NCBI GenBank assembly: GCA_964016885.1
Contig: OZ024741.1
Coordinates: forward strand, 187,550,001-187,614,000
DNA length: 64,000 nt
Source of the DNA: Eledone cirrhosa
Lineage: Eukaryota
Direction: 5' to 3'
Positions 13,410 to 29,749 of this stretch are shown here, in pieces; positions within the stretch are counted from its first letter, which is position 1; the number at the start of each line of letters is the position of its first letter. Both the position numbers and the translations under genes were made by a program. The notes below the pieces were generated by a model. It was not told where the DNA came from. It ran no database searches and was given only the letters and a program-made list of their open reading frames with translations.

Positions 13410-14579
13410 TTGTATGTATGTAACAGAATCAATATCCACATGTTTTTTACACAGTATGCACTAAAAGAAGGATTTGGGCCTGCTAGATATAACAACATTA
13501 AATCCTTTAAATCTTGTGAAAAGGATGGTCAGATTAGAAAATGCTGTCTTGGATAAATTATATCTAAAAAAAGAAAAGGCTGGGTGATCATGGCTGGAAT
13601 GTCTTTGATCATGGAATCAGTGTGGCTAAAAACAACAATTGATTTGTCTGTCTGTTTTTACATACTTAAAACATATATGTATATATGTGGTTATGTTGCT
13701 TCCATTTATTTGTTTATTGCATGTATTTTTGAAAGAGAGAGGACAGGATTAAATACCTTTATCCATTTTGGTTAAATTTAGTTTTTGTGTTTGCTTTAAA
13801 GGACAAAAAATTTCCAGGAAACAGAATGGAGTGTATATATATATATATATATATATATATGCATGTGTGTGTGTATCTATGTATATTCACACACATATAT
13901 AAGTAATGTATGTATGCATAGATATATATATATGTGTGTATGTGTGTACATACATACATTTATATATATATATCTATATCTATATATATATTTATATTTA
14001 TATATATATATATATATAGGATGGAGTTTGTTTCATAGAATCAGCCCTTGTAGAGGATACTCAAGGAGTTGAACAAAATGTGTAATGATGTAAGAACCAC
14101 TCTGGATATTTGAAGTGGTCTGAATGTTAAGGCTGAGTGGATGGTAAAATAAAAGAAAAAAAAAGTGAAATGGATGAGTCTAATTAAATCTTGTAGGTGT
14201 GGCAGGATTATAGGTGATGAAATATTAGCACAGCATATTTTGGATAAAAGAGAGATCTCTGTAAAGAAATGGGAATATTTGTTGTGTTATGTTTTTATTG
14301 CTGTGTTTTTGTTTTTTGTTGTTGTTTTGATTTGTTTTTGTTTAGAAGAATTGGCTGATGTGAATAACAATGAAATTAACTGCTGTTTTTGTTTTAAATC
14401 TTGTAATACAATGCTGGAAATATGAAAAAAAAATGATAAAAACAAAATTAAGTAATGAATAGAGAGGGAAAGGGGAAAGAACGGCAGATCTGGCTGTAAA
14501 GGAAAGTAGAGGAAAGGAGTACAAATGCCATAAATGAGAGGAAAATGCAAGGACTATTAGACCACAGACGAAAGGGAGG

Positions 14580-14915
14580 GGAGAGTTTGATAGGCTCTAT
14601 TCCTAGGGCGAGGTGGTGTTTCAGCTGTGATCCGCGGACAAAACTGCAAGGGCATTTCCGTAAAGAATGGCCAGTGACACCCACTACAAAAGCTACCCCA
14701 CCTAGTGGGGTGCTTTCCTCAGACAGGCTGCTGACATTCTGATTTTATGGAGCAGCTCGAAAGTACAGAGTCCAAGGATGTCTGAGTTCTTGACAGAGAC
14801 TGGTGTAAAGAGGAAGCAGCCAGACAAACTCTGGTATTTGCTTGTATTCCTGTCCTCTGCATTTCAGGCCACAGTACCTTGGTATGTGGCTGAAACAACT
14901 AAATTGGCAACAGAG
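14580..14915 (-). mobile_element. Decayed CRE-like non-LTR retrotransposon fragment (restriction-like endonuclease region)
   Basis: Visibly homologous to 52545-52865, whose translation resembles CRE-clade C-termini. Confidence 0.5.
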
Positions 14916-14929
14916 AACGTGTCACAACA

Positions 14930-15185
14930 TATGGCATCCCAGATTAGGGATCTACCTCCTTCAAATGTTGAAGAGGGTAATTCCGTGGGGGCGCTTGCAT
15001 GTGGTTAGAATCAAGAAAGATTTTAAATCAAAACCAAATGGCAGGAGAACCAAGGGTAGACCCCAAGCAAGAATCTTGGATAACATCCATGAGCGTGGTT
15101 GGACTCCCTTGGGGGATCCAGCTGGATCAGTTGGAGACGGTTGCTTCTGAAAAGACTCCGTAGTTGAGGCCTGTTGATGTTAAAC
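14930..15185 (+). mobile_element. Decayed RTE-like LINE 3' fragment
   Basis: Translation HVVRIK..KPNGRRTKGRPQARILDNI resembles the RTE C-terminal GRRxRGRP motif. Confidence 0.5.
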
Positions 15186-16304
15186 TGTATAAAGAAAACA
15201 GATGTGTTTTCCTTTATTTAAAGCTTTATCATCAATTTCTGTAGAATGAATATTATAAGATTACAAGATACAGGGTTAAAAGTTCAAATACCTAAGTAAA
15301 ATTGGATATCATTTGATCACTCCTTTGTGTTACTGAAAGCTACAGTGGTAAGTTAGTGATTGAATTTGTTGACATCTACAATGGATCTCAGTAGAGTATG
15401 GGAACCTATATAAGATGCAGGCCACTGGTTCATCTTAGAGATCAGTGACTCTGCTAGAATATTGACTCGGTCTTTGATGATCTGCCCAACCCTTGCTAGT
15501 AGGGAAATATGGATGTCAAATGATGATGGTGATGATGTTGATGATGTTTCTCATTTCAAATGTTGACCAATAAAAGAGCAGAAAGCTGGAAGTAGCTTCC
15601 TGGCCATTATTTGTGGTATTACAACTAGAGCTGTCCTTCAGCCAAGTCTTACTTGTGGGTACTGATGCATGTTAAGATGTACTAAAAAAATGTCCTTTCA
15701 AAAGCACAGTCAAAACCTTGAAGAAAGTCATTGGTGCCAAGACTGATGTTGAGCTGGGGACAGTAATGATGACAGAATGGAATACATGGTGCGCTTGTCA
15801 TTGTGCTCAACACAACTGTACATTGTTATCAATAGATTGCAATGATGATGATGGTGATGGTGATGATGATGATGTTGATGATAATGATGATGATGGTGAT
15901 GGGGAGAAACTAATGATTTGGATTGCACATTTATGATGATGATAAGGATAATGATGATGACAACGACAACAACATTGATAGTTTTGGTAATATTGGTTTT
16001 TCCTGTAAGGATAATATAACAACACTAATATTAATATTTAGTACATACACGACATACAGAAAATAGAACTACTAGCCACTACATACACATGTTATGCAGA
16101 GTAAGTACCTCTATGACATACATATATATATATACAACATAAAGAATATAACACACTAGAACTAAACACTGCACACATATCATATAGAGTATTTGTAATA
16201 CAATAAAGAACATAAAATCAAAACAAAATACTGCACATAGTCAATACCAACAGAGATGTGCTTAGTTGTGCAATGAATGCACACAATAGAAATAAAACTA
16301 CTTA

Positions 16305-16495
16305 AATAATTGTTTCTATTTTTGGCCCAAGGCCAGCAATTACCCCAGTGCATTACAGGTGCTTTATTTGATCGACCCCATAAGGATGAAAGGCAAAGTT
16401 AACCTCGACGGGATTTGAACTCAAAACGTAAAGGGTCATAACTCTATGCTGCAAAGCATGGTGTCTGACTCTCTACCGATACTGCCAATCCTCTG
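16305..16495 (-). mobile_element. SINE family A
   Basis: Full-length match to the other family A copies. Confidence 0.85.
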
Positions 16496-17767
16496 TCTTA
16501 GTAGGAAATTTGGATTCAAATTACTTGAAAAAATAATACCACACTGGAATTTGAACTTAAAATATAGAAAGAAGGACACGCTATATGTAATGCTGTCAAA
16601 TGTAATGCTGTCAGATGTAATGCTGTCAAATGTAAGCAGTCTTAAAACAATCTTCCTTATTGCTTTAACATTTAAGTTTCCATCTTACCCTGGGCCTGCA
16701 CTACTAGTGAGGATACATTTCTCATCTCATCCAGCATGAGAACCAACATTCCAAGATCTGACCTCCCTTCTTTTCTCCATATGTTCCTAAGCTATCATCT
16801 TCTATGATACCTTCCGACACTAGCACTGTGGTACAACTGTGACCCTTGACATGTATCAACCATTTACATCATGTGTCATATACCTGTATGGCCATCTCTT
16901 CTGCTCTTGAATATAACAACTGATATTTTTAATATATAACTTAAACTACTCATTGAGCAAAAGATGAAGAATGGGCAGAGCATTGGGTTATATGTCTTGC
17001 AATATTTAATCTCATGCTCCGCACTCAAAGTTCACATCCTGTTGAAGCCAATTATGCTGTTCCTCTTTTCAATACCAGCCTAGGGTATTGGATTGGCAGA
17101 ATTGTTACAGACTTCTACAGGATGACTAAAAGTATCTGTTCAAACTCTGCACCTCTTGTCAATAAAAAATGTGTGATATGATAGGAATGATGCCTCTATC
17201 ATTAAAACACCCAACAAACCTCCTATGAGATACTTTATATAAGGTATGTTAAACCTATTCACGTGTGAGCAATATCAACAATTCTCTCACCTTGTTTTCA
17301 TGCAAGTTAACATTATACATCAAACAGATCATACTCACCTCCTTTCTCACAACCCTCCATAAACCTTTTACATTTAATGTCCAATATCTCACTACAATGT
17401 AGCATAACACTTCTTACATGTCTTCATATATTAACTTAAATATATAATAGCCCATCACATTCTCACCCATCATATGCTCCATTTTCATATAACATTGCAC
17501 ATTCAACATACCATACTTATTCACTTCATTTTTTTCTAGTTCCTCATAGACGTCCCACATTCATTGTCCACTATATCCCCACCATGTAGCATCACACTTT
17601 TTACATATGCTTATGATATATATATAATGTTTCTAGTCTGGTTTTTAATACCCTGTACTCTGCTTAACTTTTGTTCTTCATGCAGATGCAGTCATTAAGT
17701 TATTTATCCTCAAAACTAATATAATTTCTTACACCAACCAATGTACTATATCATATATTTACTTAAT

Positions 17768-17950
17768 AATTGTTTCTACTTTAGGCACAAGGCCAGCAAT
17801 TACCCAGTGCATTACTGGTACTTTATTTTATCGACCCCGTAAGGATGAAAGGCAAAGTCAACCTCGGCGGTATTTGAACTCAGATCATAAAGGGACGTAA
17901 CTATGCTGGAAAGCATGGCGTCCGACCCTCTACCAATACTGCCAATCCTC
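17768..17950 (-). mobile_element. SINE family A with 17-bp target-site duplication
   Basis: TATATTTACTTAATAAT on both sides. Confidence 0.9.
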
Positions 17951-18289
17951 TATATTTACTTAATAATACCCTTATAACAACTTTTTCACAATTATTCACT
18001 TTCCAGACCACACAAGGAATGTTAGCTTGTAGATATTTATTGTATATAAAAGTTGGTCTGTCTAATTTGCATAACAGTGACAACACAGATTAATTAATTA
18101 GTAGGAACACTGCATGTAGGAAAATTAGGAATGTAAGGTAAATTTATTGTCTGTTCTTTTAGTAATCATGCACATTAGGCTCAGTGGTGTGAGATCAAGA
18201 TAATGCTCTAGCCAGATGCATGATGTGAAACTAAAATAGGATACAACCAGATGTTTATTATCATATTGTGAACTCAGGATAATGTTACA

Positions 18290-18700
18290 GATAGGTGGAT
18301 GATAACTACTGTGATGAAACTGCCAATTGCATGGATACTTTTATAGTGATTGCTAAAGACAATTGGAGGGTGACATCCATCTTTGAGAAATGCTAGAGCA
18401 TGGTGACTTCTATGGTGATTACTAGAAACAGGTGCATGGTGACTTCTATGGTGATTGCTAGAGACAGGTGCATGGTGACTTCTATGGTGAATGCTATAGA
18501 TACATGCATAGTAACTTCTATGGTGAATGCTATAGATATGTGCATAGTAACTTCTATGGTGAATGCTATAGATATGTGCATAGTAACTTCTATGGTGAAT
18601 GCTATAGATAAGTGAATGGTAGTGAATACTATAAAGAAGTGCATGGTGACATCTTTGATGAATGATAAAGATGGGTGCATGGTGATTTCTCTGGTGAACC
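18290..18700. repeat. 36-bp minisatellite
   Basis: Unit TGCATAGTAACTTCTATGGTGAATGCTATAGATATG, roughly 9-11 copies decaying at the edges. Confidence 0.9.
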
Positions 18701-18829
18701 ATTTAACAACAACAATAACAAATATAGATAATATTAATAATAATAATATTAACAACAACAACAAAACAACTACCATAATAATAATAAAAAAATAATGATA
18801 ATAAAAAAAATAATGATAATAATAATAAC

Positions 18830-19790
18830 ATGTCTCTATTTTGCTGCAAGGATGATAGATAAGGGGCCAAGGCCACAAATTTTAGGTATAGAGTATAGTC
18901 GAATATATTGACCCCAGTAGTACACTGAAAGGAAGAACGATAAAGTTGACCTTGGTGAGATTTGGACTCATAACAGAAATTTACAAAACTAAAAACCATA
19001 AGACATTTGAGGATTCATTGCTCTGATACCTTAACAATTCTACCATCCAACAACCTGATGCTCCACTGATTCTTCTTTCCATTGCCATGATGCTCTGCCA
19101 ATTCTTCCATCCACCACTCAGTGGTAGTAATAATTGTTTCAAATTTAGGCACAAGACCAGCAGTTTGGGAGTTGAGAAAGTCAATTATATTGACTCCAAT
19201 ACTGAACTGGTAATTTATTATATCGACCCCAGACGGATGAATGGCAAAGTTAAACTTGGCAGGATTTGAAATCAGAATTTAAAGAGCTGGAACAAATACT
19301 GCAAGGCAGTGTGTCCAATTCTATAACTACTGCCAATCCACTTCCCTCCCTCTTCATAATAGTAATAATTGTTTCTACTTTTGGCACAAGGCCATTAATT
19401 ACCCAGAGCATTACTGGTACTTTATTTTATCGACCCCGTAAGGATGAAAGGCAAAGTTAACCTCGGCGGGATTTGAACTCAGAATGGCAAAGGCCGTAAG
19501 TCTATGCGCGTCAAAGCATGGCGTCCGACTCTCTACCGATACTGCCAATCCACCGTAATAATAATCATAATTTCTAACAGTTACCAGACCATAACTTTTG
19601 TGGAAAGATGTAATGTGCTATATTGGCAATCTCCACCCAATGTATGGCTGGTGCTTATTTTATTGAAACCTAAAGGATGAAAGGTAAAGTCAACATTGAA
19701 AGGATTTAAAATAGATACAAAACAGAATATAGTTAAATACTCAGGGCATTTTGACTTCATTTTCTAACAAACCTACCCAATGTTTTACTC
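18830..19790 (-). mobile_element. Cluster of family A SINEs, old and young copies
   Basis: Young copy at about 19365-19555 with diverged copies on either side. Confidence 0.75.
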
Positions 19791-20044
19791 TGTCAAACCA
19801 AAGAATGACCCCTGGTGATTTCCTTGATAAATTGTATATACTTGTCTTGGGGGTAATCATTCATAAATACAAAGGGGCTTCTCCCATTGCCTTCATTTGA
19901 ATATTTTTATATAAGATACTGTCTTATCGGCTAGATAAATACAAGTGCACTACATTTGACTAGGCACTCAGTACATAAAGAACCAGAAAAATTATATTGA
20001 CATGTAACTCCTGATGGAGTCGTAGGAACCCCATCATGACATAC

Positions 20045-20150
20045 AGTGTGTCCTGGGTACTTTGAACTTGGTAGAGCTCATCCCCTCTTCGGGTTTGAGC
20101 ATAACTGATTTCTTCCAGAGAAGAAGAAAGAGCAGAAGCAAGAAAGAAAT
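20045..20150 (-). other. Candidate isolated exon, coding or UTR
   Basis: Acceptor TTCTTCTTCTAG| and donor CT|GTATGT around 106 nt of unique sequence with two open frames. Confidence 0.3.
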
Positions 20151-20710
20151 CTAGAAGAAGAATCAATCCTAGTATAGGAATGGCACTTTATTTTTTATCA
20201 AACTTAAAAGAACAAAAGGCTAAGTTGACCAGAATAGGATTTGAAATCAAAGAGAATAGACAGCAGAAATTGATACTACAAAGCATTCTATTCAACATTC
20301 TAACAATTCACTTCCTTCTAGAAGAAACACTTGTGTTTAGCCCAACCTTTCTGCAAATTCCACAAGTCCACCACCCCTAACTGTGATACATTATTTGATC
20401 AATCCTGAAAAGATCAAAGACAAAGTTGACCTCAGTAGGTTTTAAACTAGAATAAAAAGAGCTGTAACTAAATTTGGCTTATTCATTGAATGCATTAATA
20501 ATAGTTTTTATAGAAATGGAAGCAAAAATCCAAGTGGATAGTAATGACAGCAGGAAGGCGAAGAAGTGGAATAAAGAAAATGCTCTGATATAATGAATAA
20601 TAACATCAACCATAGTAACAACAATATCAATAAATGTTAAACAGAAAGAGAACAATCGATGTTAGTGTCTCAGGTTATACTTCTCAACCTTTCCTCAAGA
20701 GTAGTTGTCA

Positions 20711-20761
<51 letters not shown>

Positions 20762-20855
20762 AAAGAGTACAACAAAATACTTCAGACGGCTGATCCTACA
20801 AATCAGTGGTATTGCCAAATATACACACGCAGATATATATATATGTATGTATATA

Positions 20856-20899
<44 letters not shown>

Positions 20900-21051
20900 A
20901 AAGTTATATTTAATTTGTTGGGATACAACAAGCAAATATTTTTATAACTGATATAAAGCACTCAACATTTCCTATTTCCCACTCTACTACCCTAAGTATT
21001 GAGTACTCTGGTGCGTTATGGTCCATCTGGTTCCTTACCACAATTCCTTTG

Positions 21052-21145
<94 letters not shown>

Positions 21146-21519
21146 TATATACACATAAATATATATGTGTGTGTATGTGTATGCATATAAATATATCTCC
21201 TTGGTTTATTTCATGTGGAGTTCACTCTATGGCAAATATTCGAGCTAGGCCTCCAGTTTGAGAAGACCTTTCTCTTTCCCTCCTACCAGTCTAGGAGGCC
21301 CTGAAAAAAAAAAGGATTATGGGTACTTCTCTCACTGACTAATGCTTATATATATATATCTGTGTGTGTATGTGTGTAATATATGTGTATACATGTATAT
21401 ATGTATATATACCTAAATATATATATATACATATATATGTATGTATTTATATATATGTATATATATATATATATGCATATACATATATATGCATATATAT
21501 ATATATGTATATATAATAG

Positions 21520-21830
21520 TAATATACGTGAACGGCAAAGCATAAATGAACTAAGTGAGAAATTAGGAATAAGAGGGATCAGATGCTGTTTACTTGAGAG
21601 AAGACTACGTTGGTATGGCCACGGTGCGCATGAAAGAAGACAGCCATATAAAAAAGTGTAGGGCGATCAAAATTGATGGTAGTTACGGGGTAGGTAGACT
21701 CAGAAAAACCTGGGATGATCTGATAAATTCCGACCTCACACACTTACACCTCTCTAAGACAATGTCTCTGGACCGAGACCTTTGGCGCTACGCAGTAATA
21801 CAGAAGACCCGCCTTGCCTATGTACAAAGC
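21520..21830 (+). mobile_element. RTE-clade LINE 3' fragment, frameshifted
   Basis: LERRLRWYGH..RMKEDSHIKKC..GRLRKTWDD, homologous to 58534-58977. Confidence 0.8.
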
Positions 21831-21904
21831 GAAACCTACAGTCAGTAGGCACCTCTTAACCAAATATACACCCCAATCTACTACCCCTACCATATCCTCC
21901 CACT

Positions 21905-22180
21905 CTCACCAACAGCACGAGAAAATGAGATCGAGTTTGTGTAGGTGTCACGACAAAAAACACACACAGTCCACGCTGTAATGTGGCCGTGTAACACGGT
22001 AAAAAGTTCCCAGTTCCCCACTGTAAATGTGGTTGGTGTTAGGAAGGGCATCCAGCCGTAGAAAACCTGCCAGACAGTCCTATATGATGGAAATAAGGTC
22101 ACCTGACCAGCCTTGCCTCAAGTGAGACAACTCCCGTCTAACCCATGCTAGCGTGGAAAACGAACGTTAAACGAAGATGA

Positions 22181-22182
<2 letters not shown>
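21905..22182 (+). mobile_element. Non-autonomous RTE-tailed element, family C, single-unit form
   Basis: One copy of the unit amplified at 56168-57068; ends CCGTCTAACCCATGCTAGCGTGGAAAACGAACGTTAAACGAAGATGATGA. Confidence 0.7.
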
Positions 22183-22224
<42 letters not shown>

Positions 22225-23264
22225 TTATGATGATGATTGTGATAATGAAGTTGATAGCAGAGATTATGATGATGCTGATGATGGTTGTAGGATGACCGTA
22301 AGGTCCAGTGGAAGTGATAATGTTGATAGTGATGATGATGTTAGTCATGATGATGGAGTTGGTCTTTAATTTAGGTACAATGACAAAAATGTATAGGGAT
22401 AACACTCAATTGAATCGCTCCTAATAGTTGTCAGGTATTTTATTTTATCAAGCACCAAAATGCTGAATGTCAAGATTAGCTTTGTTTGGAACAAGAATAG
22501 GTGCAAGACCAAAGTATGAGTAGTAGGAGCAGTCACTTTAATTCACCACAGTATTTGACTGGTACTTATCTTAGCAACGCCTGAAAAAATTCAAAGGCAA
22601 AAGTGACTGTAGCAGAGTTAGAACTCAGAACATAAGGGAAACAAGCCATACAGCAACATAAGAAATTAATTAAATACATCGCCTTTCAGTCTAATTATCC
22701 AAATAGCTCGTTTGTTTTATTTCCTTTACCTTAAATTTCTAATTATTAATATTTACCACTTAATTAACATTATTTATGTGGTCACCATAGCAAAAATTAC
22801 TCTTCTTAATACATCTATCTTTTTCTCTTTCAAACATTTTGTAAGCAATGAAATATGGCCAAGTTACATAATAACAAATAGATATATTCATAGTCTTACA
22901 TCATGACCTCGATGTTTCAGCAATGCATATCTTTACTAATCTTTGTCTGAGAAAAAATATTCTTACAACAGGGCCACAATGTTTCAGCAAGCAAACCATT
23001 TATAAGCTTCATGAGAAGATAAAGCTTAGTCAACACATGGTTTACTGAACATTGAGGCTCTGTAATAAGAATGTAAATATATCTATTTTAAATGCTACCC
23101 TATTTCTAATCTTCCATATTTTCTAACTTTTTGACTACTATAATCACCAGATTAGAACTCAGCATATACCAGTCATATGTTGGGGAATATCTCACAATCA
23201 ATAGCAGTCAGTTTTGTCCTGTCTCATCAAGATATTTAACAAAACAAATGCCATAGTGATATTT

Positions 23265-23670
23265 AACCCAAGGTCAACCCTATTCCAGCAGATCGATGAT
23301 AAAATGTTCTATCCATGACCATCCTGTATTTTTCTTAGATAGACTGTATCTAAAGTTACTGTTCTTTTTTTTAATACAATACGGTGTGATTTGAAGAAGT
23401 TTTGGCTGCTATTTCTTGCAATTTGAATTATCACCAAGAGATTCTAGCTTGTTGCTTGAACTCAGATTATCCCTGATCAAACAGAGCTTTGATAAAAAAA
23501 AAAAAAACTTTCCAAATGTGAGCATCTCATCTTTTTATCTTTAGGCAACTATATTGTCAAATATTCTCTTCCTATTATTTTAAGACAGCAGGGTGTGATT
23601 TGAGGGAAATTTAGCTGCTATTTCTAACAGGTTGAGTTACCATGTAGAAGCTCCCTCTTTGGATCAATTA
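23265..23670. repeat. Two tandem diverged copies of an approximately 200-bp interspersed repeat
   Basis: GGTGTGATTTGA..GCTGCTATTTCT occurs twice; inverted relatives at about 51080-51290 and 59525-59735. Confidence 0.55.
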
Positions 23671-24399
23671 TTTGATATCAATTCATGTGGGGTATAATGT
23701 TTTAGTATTCAAAAGAATCAAATAGAGCCATACTGAGAGAGACTGAAATACGACATTTTGCGATCAATGCATATCTAAAGATCACAACCAAGATTTGAAA
23801 TCTTTTTATTAAAACATACATTCAAAATATTTTTTAACTCTTTGGATATCACCTCATCATCCATTATAATAGGAAACTAACCATTTTATAATATTCATAC
23901 GAATATTAAAACTTTCCTTCATAATTTTACATCAGAAATCTTTGCTAAATAATGTTCCATATATCAGCTTACTAATAAAAAAATTAATTTTATAAAATTC
24001 CTCTAAATTGTTGATCATTTTAAAAATTAACTGAAACACATAGGCAATACATTTCATTAGAAATCCATAAATGAAAGGGTTAAATTCTGATGTTATTTAG
24101 GAGAGTAGGTGAAGGGCAATATTTATATCTGTAACAACCAAGGATTATGATAATCAGGTGTTGGATGACTGTCACCAAGAGCTATGAGTTCAATTCTTAG
24201 CCTGGCAACAGTCATTCTGAAGTGCACCATGTGTAAAGACACTAACTCTAATTGGCTGCTTATGGGTTCAATAGATAGTGCTATAGCAGGCATTATATAG
24301 GGTAAAGACTGCAGCACAACATAACTTGTACAAGCATATTTCACTAAATCAAAGGAGTTAAGGTAGGTTTTTACAGTGTGAGCTCTGAGTATCTAGTGA

Positions 24400-24640
24400 A
24401 TGTGCATGGCTTAGTGGTTAGGGAATAGGATTCACAATCGTCAGATGGTGATTTTCATTCCAAGACCAGATGTTTGAGCAAGACAATTTATTTCATGTTG
24501 TTCCTTCTGCCAGGAGTTGCAATGATAGATAGAATCAACAATGGAAAGACCAAACGAAGCATTGTTTCCTTGGTCCAATTTGATAAGTTCCCTCCCACTT
24601 GGTAAGCAAATGAGGTCTAGGAACTTGTCGATCATTCCAA
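24400..24640 (+). mobile_element. tRNA-derived SINE, family D
   Basis: Family B-type head with tail GGAAAGACCAA..CATTGTTTCCT.GGTC; copies at 37300-37485 and 52218-52412. Confidence 0.6.
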
Positions 24641-25000
24641 AAAAATCTATGCTTATTATCTTTATAGATTAATATATATATATAGATAAATCTACCAAAA
24701 TGTACGGTAGTGTCCAATCCGTATGAAGAACTCAATGTAATCCAAATATCATGAAAAGAGAAGATGTATTCAAAAATTTTTTTCGATGAAAAACACAGGA
24801 AAACAGAGTCAAGATAAATTAATAAAAATAATGAATAAAAACAAAGAAACAGTTCCTTATATTAAAAAATTCATCATTTTACGATCGTTTCTAGGATATA
24901 TATGTGTGTGTTGGTATGTATATCATATAGATCTATGTAAAATTTTTACAAACTATCAGAGGGAATATACATACCTACACATATATATGCTGTCTTCAGA

Positions 25001-25039
<39 letters not shown>

Positions 25040-25240
25040 GCAACCAAGTTGAAACTTCAAAGCCACTGCAAATTCTTTTTAATTTACTCTCTACTCACAA
25101 GTATTTACTTCTCAGTCAGTTAATGTTTGATTGTTTTAAATACTATGGTGTTTAAAACACACATTCTCATATATATATATATATATGTGAGTGTTCATGT
25201 TTACCAGTATAAATCACTTAAAAGATTTGCGTCTCTTTAT

Positions 25241-25461
25241 CCCTTTAGCATTTAAACCGGCCATATCCGACCAGAATTCTCTCGCCTCTTTCTGTCCAAA
25301 CCAGCTGCAACAGGCCACTCATACCGCTATTAAGGTATTGTTCTCAAAATAAATAATGTCAAAATCTCATAAATTCGATATTATGTGAGATAAGTATGTG
25401 AGGTAAAGCCTTTATGATGAAAATATATTAGTATATATAGAGTGATGTAAATGCTAAAGGG
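25241..25461. mobile_element. piggyBac-like MITE with TTAT target duplication
   Basis: Same TIRs as 8464; TTAT directly on both sides. Confidence 0.8.
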
Positions 25462-25919
25462 TTATGTCAAAATGTGATCTTACCTACTCCAGAAATAGAG
25501 ATCAGTGAAATAATTTCTGGGTGGGGGTGGGGGGAGTGTGTAATGATAAGTAACTAAAACTAAAACTAAAAGGGTAGTGCCTCAGCATAACCACAGTCTA
25601 ACAATAAGACCAAGGAAAATAAAAACAACAATAACAAAAAGAATTTGATAACAGGAAATGATGTGTGAATTGCAGAACAAAACTGAAAAGAACAACAAAA
25701 TAGAAAAACACGGACATAAACAAACAAAAAAATATGGAATTCAATAGAATTGAAAGATTTTATTGCAAATTAACAATTTTTGTTAACTAAAATAGAGAAA
25801 ACAAAAAAAATTATAATGATAATAATATTAATCATAATATGAAACAAATGAAAAAAATTGTCTTAGATGTGGATTATATTAAAATGAGTATTATCACAAA
25901 GATATATTTATATTTATTT

Positions 25920-27900
<1,981 letters not shown>

Positions 27901-27947
27901 ATTATATATATTACTGATATTTATTAATAAACAATGTTTTGGGAGTT

Positions 27948-28566
27948 TATGATGGTGACAGTGGTGATGATGATGATGACAGTGGTAATGATGATGACAG
28001 TGGTGATGATGATGGTGACAGTGGTGATGATGATGACAGTGGTGATGATGATGATGATTATGGTGACAATAGCTTCTATGACAATTACTATGGCAATAAC
28101 TGCTGGCAAAAACGTTTCCACAATTTAAAAAAAAAATGTTAGCAATCTTCATGAGTGTAGTGATGACAATCACTATGACAAAGATGGGGATGAGGGTGAT
28201 GGTGATGATGATAATGATGATGACCATGATGGTGGTGGTGGTGGTGGTGATGATGATGGTGATGATGATCATGATGATGATGGTGATGATGATGATGATG
28301 ATGGTGATGGTGGTGATGATGATGATGGTGATGATGATGGTGGTGATGGTGATGATGATGATGGCGGCGACGATGATGATGATCATGATCATGAATGACG
28401 ATGACGATGATGGTCTTGCTGAAGATGATTATGATAATGATGGTGACAACAGCAATAATGATGATGATGATGATGATGATGACGATGATGATGATGACAA
28501 TAATAATGATGGCAATGGTTATGGTGATAACGATGAAGATGATGACGATGATGATGGTAATGGTTA

Positions 28567-28600
<34 letters not shown>

Positions 28601-28610
28601 GTTGGTGTTG
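27948..28610. repeat. (GAT)n/(GGT)n trinucleotide low-complexity tract
   Basis: Direct inspection. Confidence 0.95.
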
Positions 28611-29040
28611 AAGTTAATGGCTACCACAAATGGGTGGAGATTAAAAACCAAAAAAAAAAAAAAAAAAAAAAAATCACTAAAACATAAACAAAAGTAATAA
28701 AGATATATAAACAAAAACGAAAATAACAGACCATATTTAGAGTCCAGTTAATTACTGCAATTATTGCATTAACACGATATTTCATTAAATTATAGTACTT
28801 CCTATCTTTCTTTGTTTATCACATGGTGTACATAAATGCAAAATTATTACTATAGGTGTGAAGTATGTTTGAATATATAGCTTGTTTAACACTGCAGTGA
28901 TATATATATACATATATATATACCTATATATACATATATATATATACATAAATATATAAATATCATCATCATCATCTGATGATGATGATGATATATATAA
29001 ATATATATATAAATATATATATATATAAGAATATCACTGA

Positions 29041-29101
<61 letters not shown>

Positions 29102-29321
29102 CCATGTATTCATGTATTCAAAGTTTCAGCTTTCCTCTGTTGCCACTCTGAGTTCTTATTTCCATTTTGCACAGTGCTGACATTCATAGTGGTAATGTGG
29201 AAATGCCTCCATTTTGAATATATGTATTAACATAAGTATGTATTGAGTATTTTTTACTCTCATTTGTAAATTTGACTAGTTATATATATATATTTATATA
29301 TATATATATATATATACATAC

Positions 29322-29353
<32 letters not shown>

Positions 29354-29749
29354 GGTATATGGTATATGGTATATATATATGTAGATAGATTTGATAGATA
29401 TACATTAAAGATGATATTATACAAATGTATAAAGCAGAAATAAAGAGGGAATAAACATAACATTGGTACATCTGTGGATAGTAACCACAAACAGGATGGT
29501 TACTATCAGGGGAGAAGTATGAGAATGGCAGTAGTAGCAATATAGAGATCAATGAAAGAAGCAGAAGTTGTCTGTAAATTTTAGTGTAAATGGTCCAATC
29601 AGAGATCAATGAATAAATTGTTGGAGTACTGTCATGGAGGGCAATGACAGTGTGGGATGTATGTTTGGAGAGGGTTATTGTAAATGAGGTAGTGTGGGGC
29701 TTAGAAAGACTTACCTATCTGGTGAGGAATGAGGCTGATGTCTCTAAAG

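Noticed and set aside
18274-18878. His-rich repeat ORFs
   Set aside because: Translation of a 36-bp minisatellite that is open on both strands.
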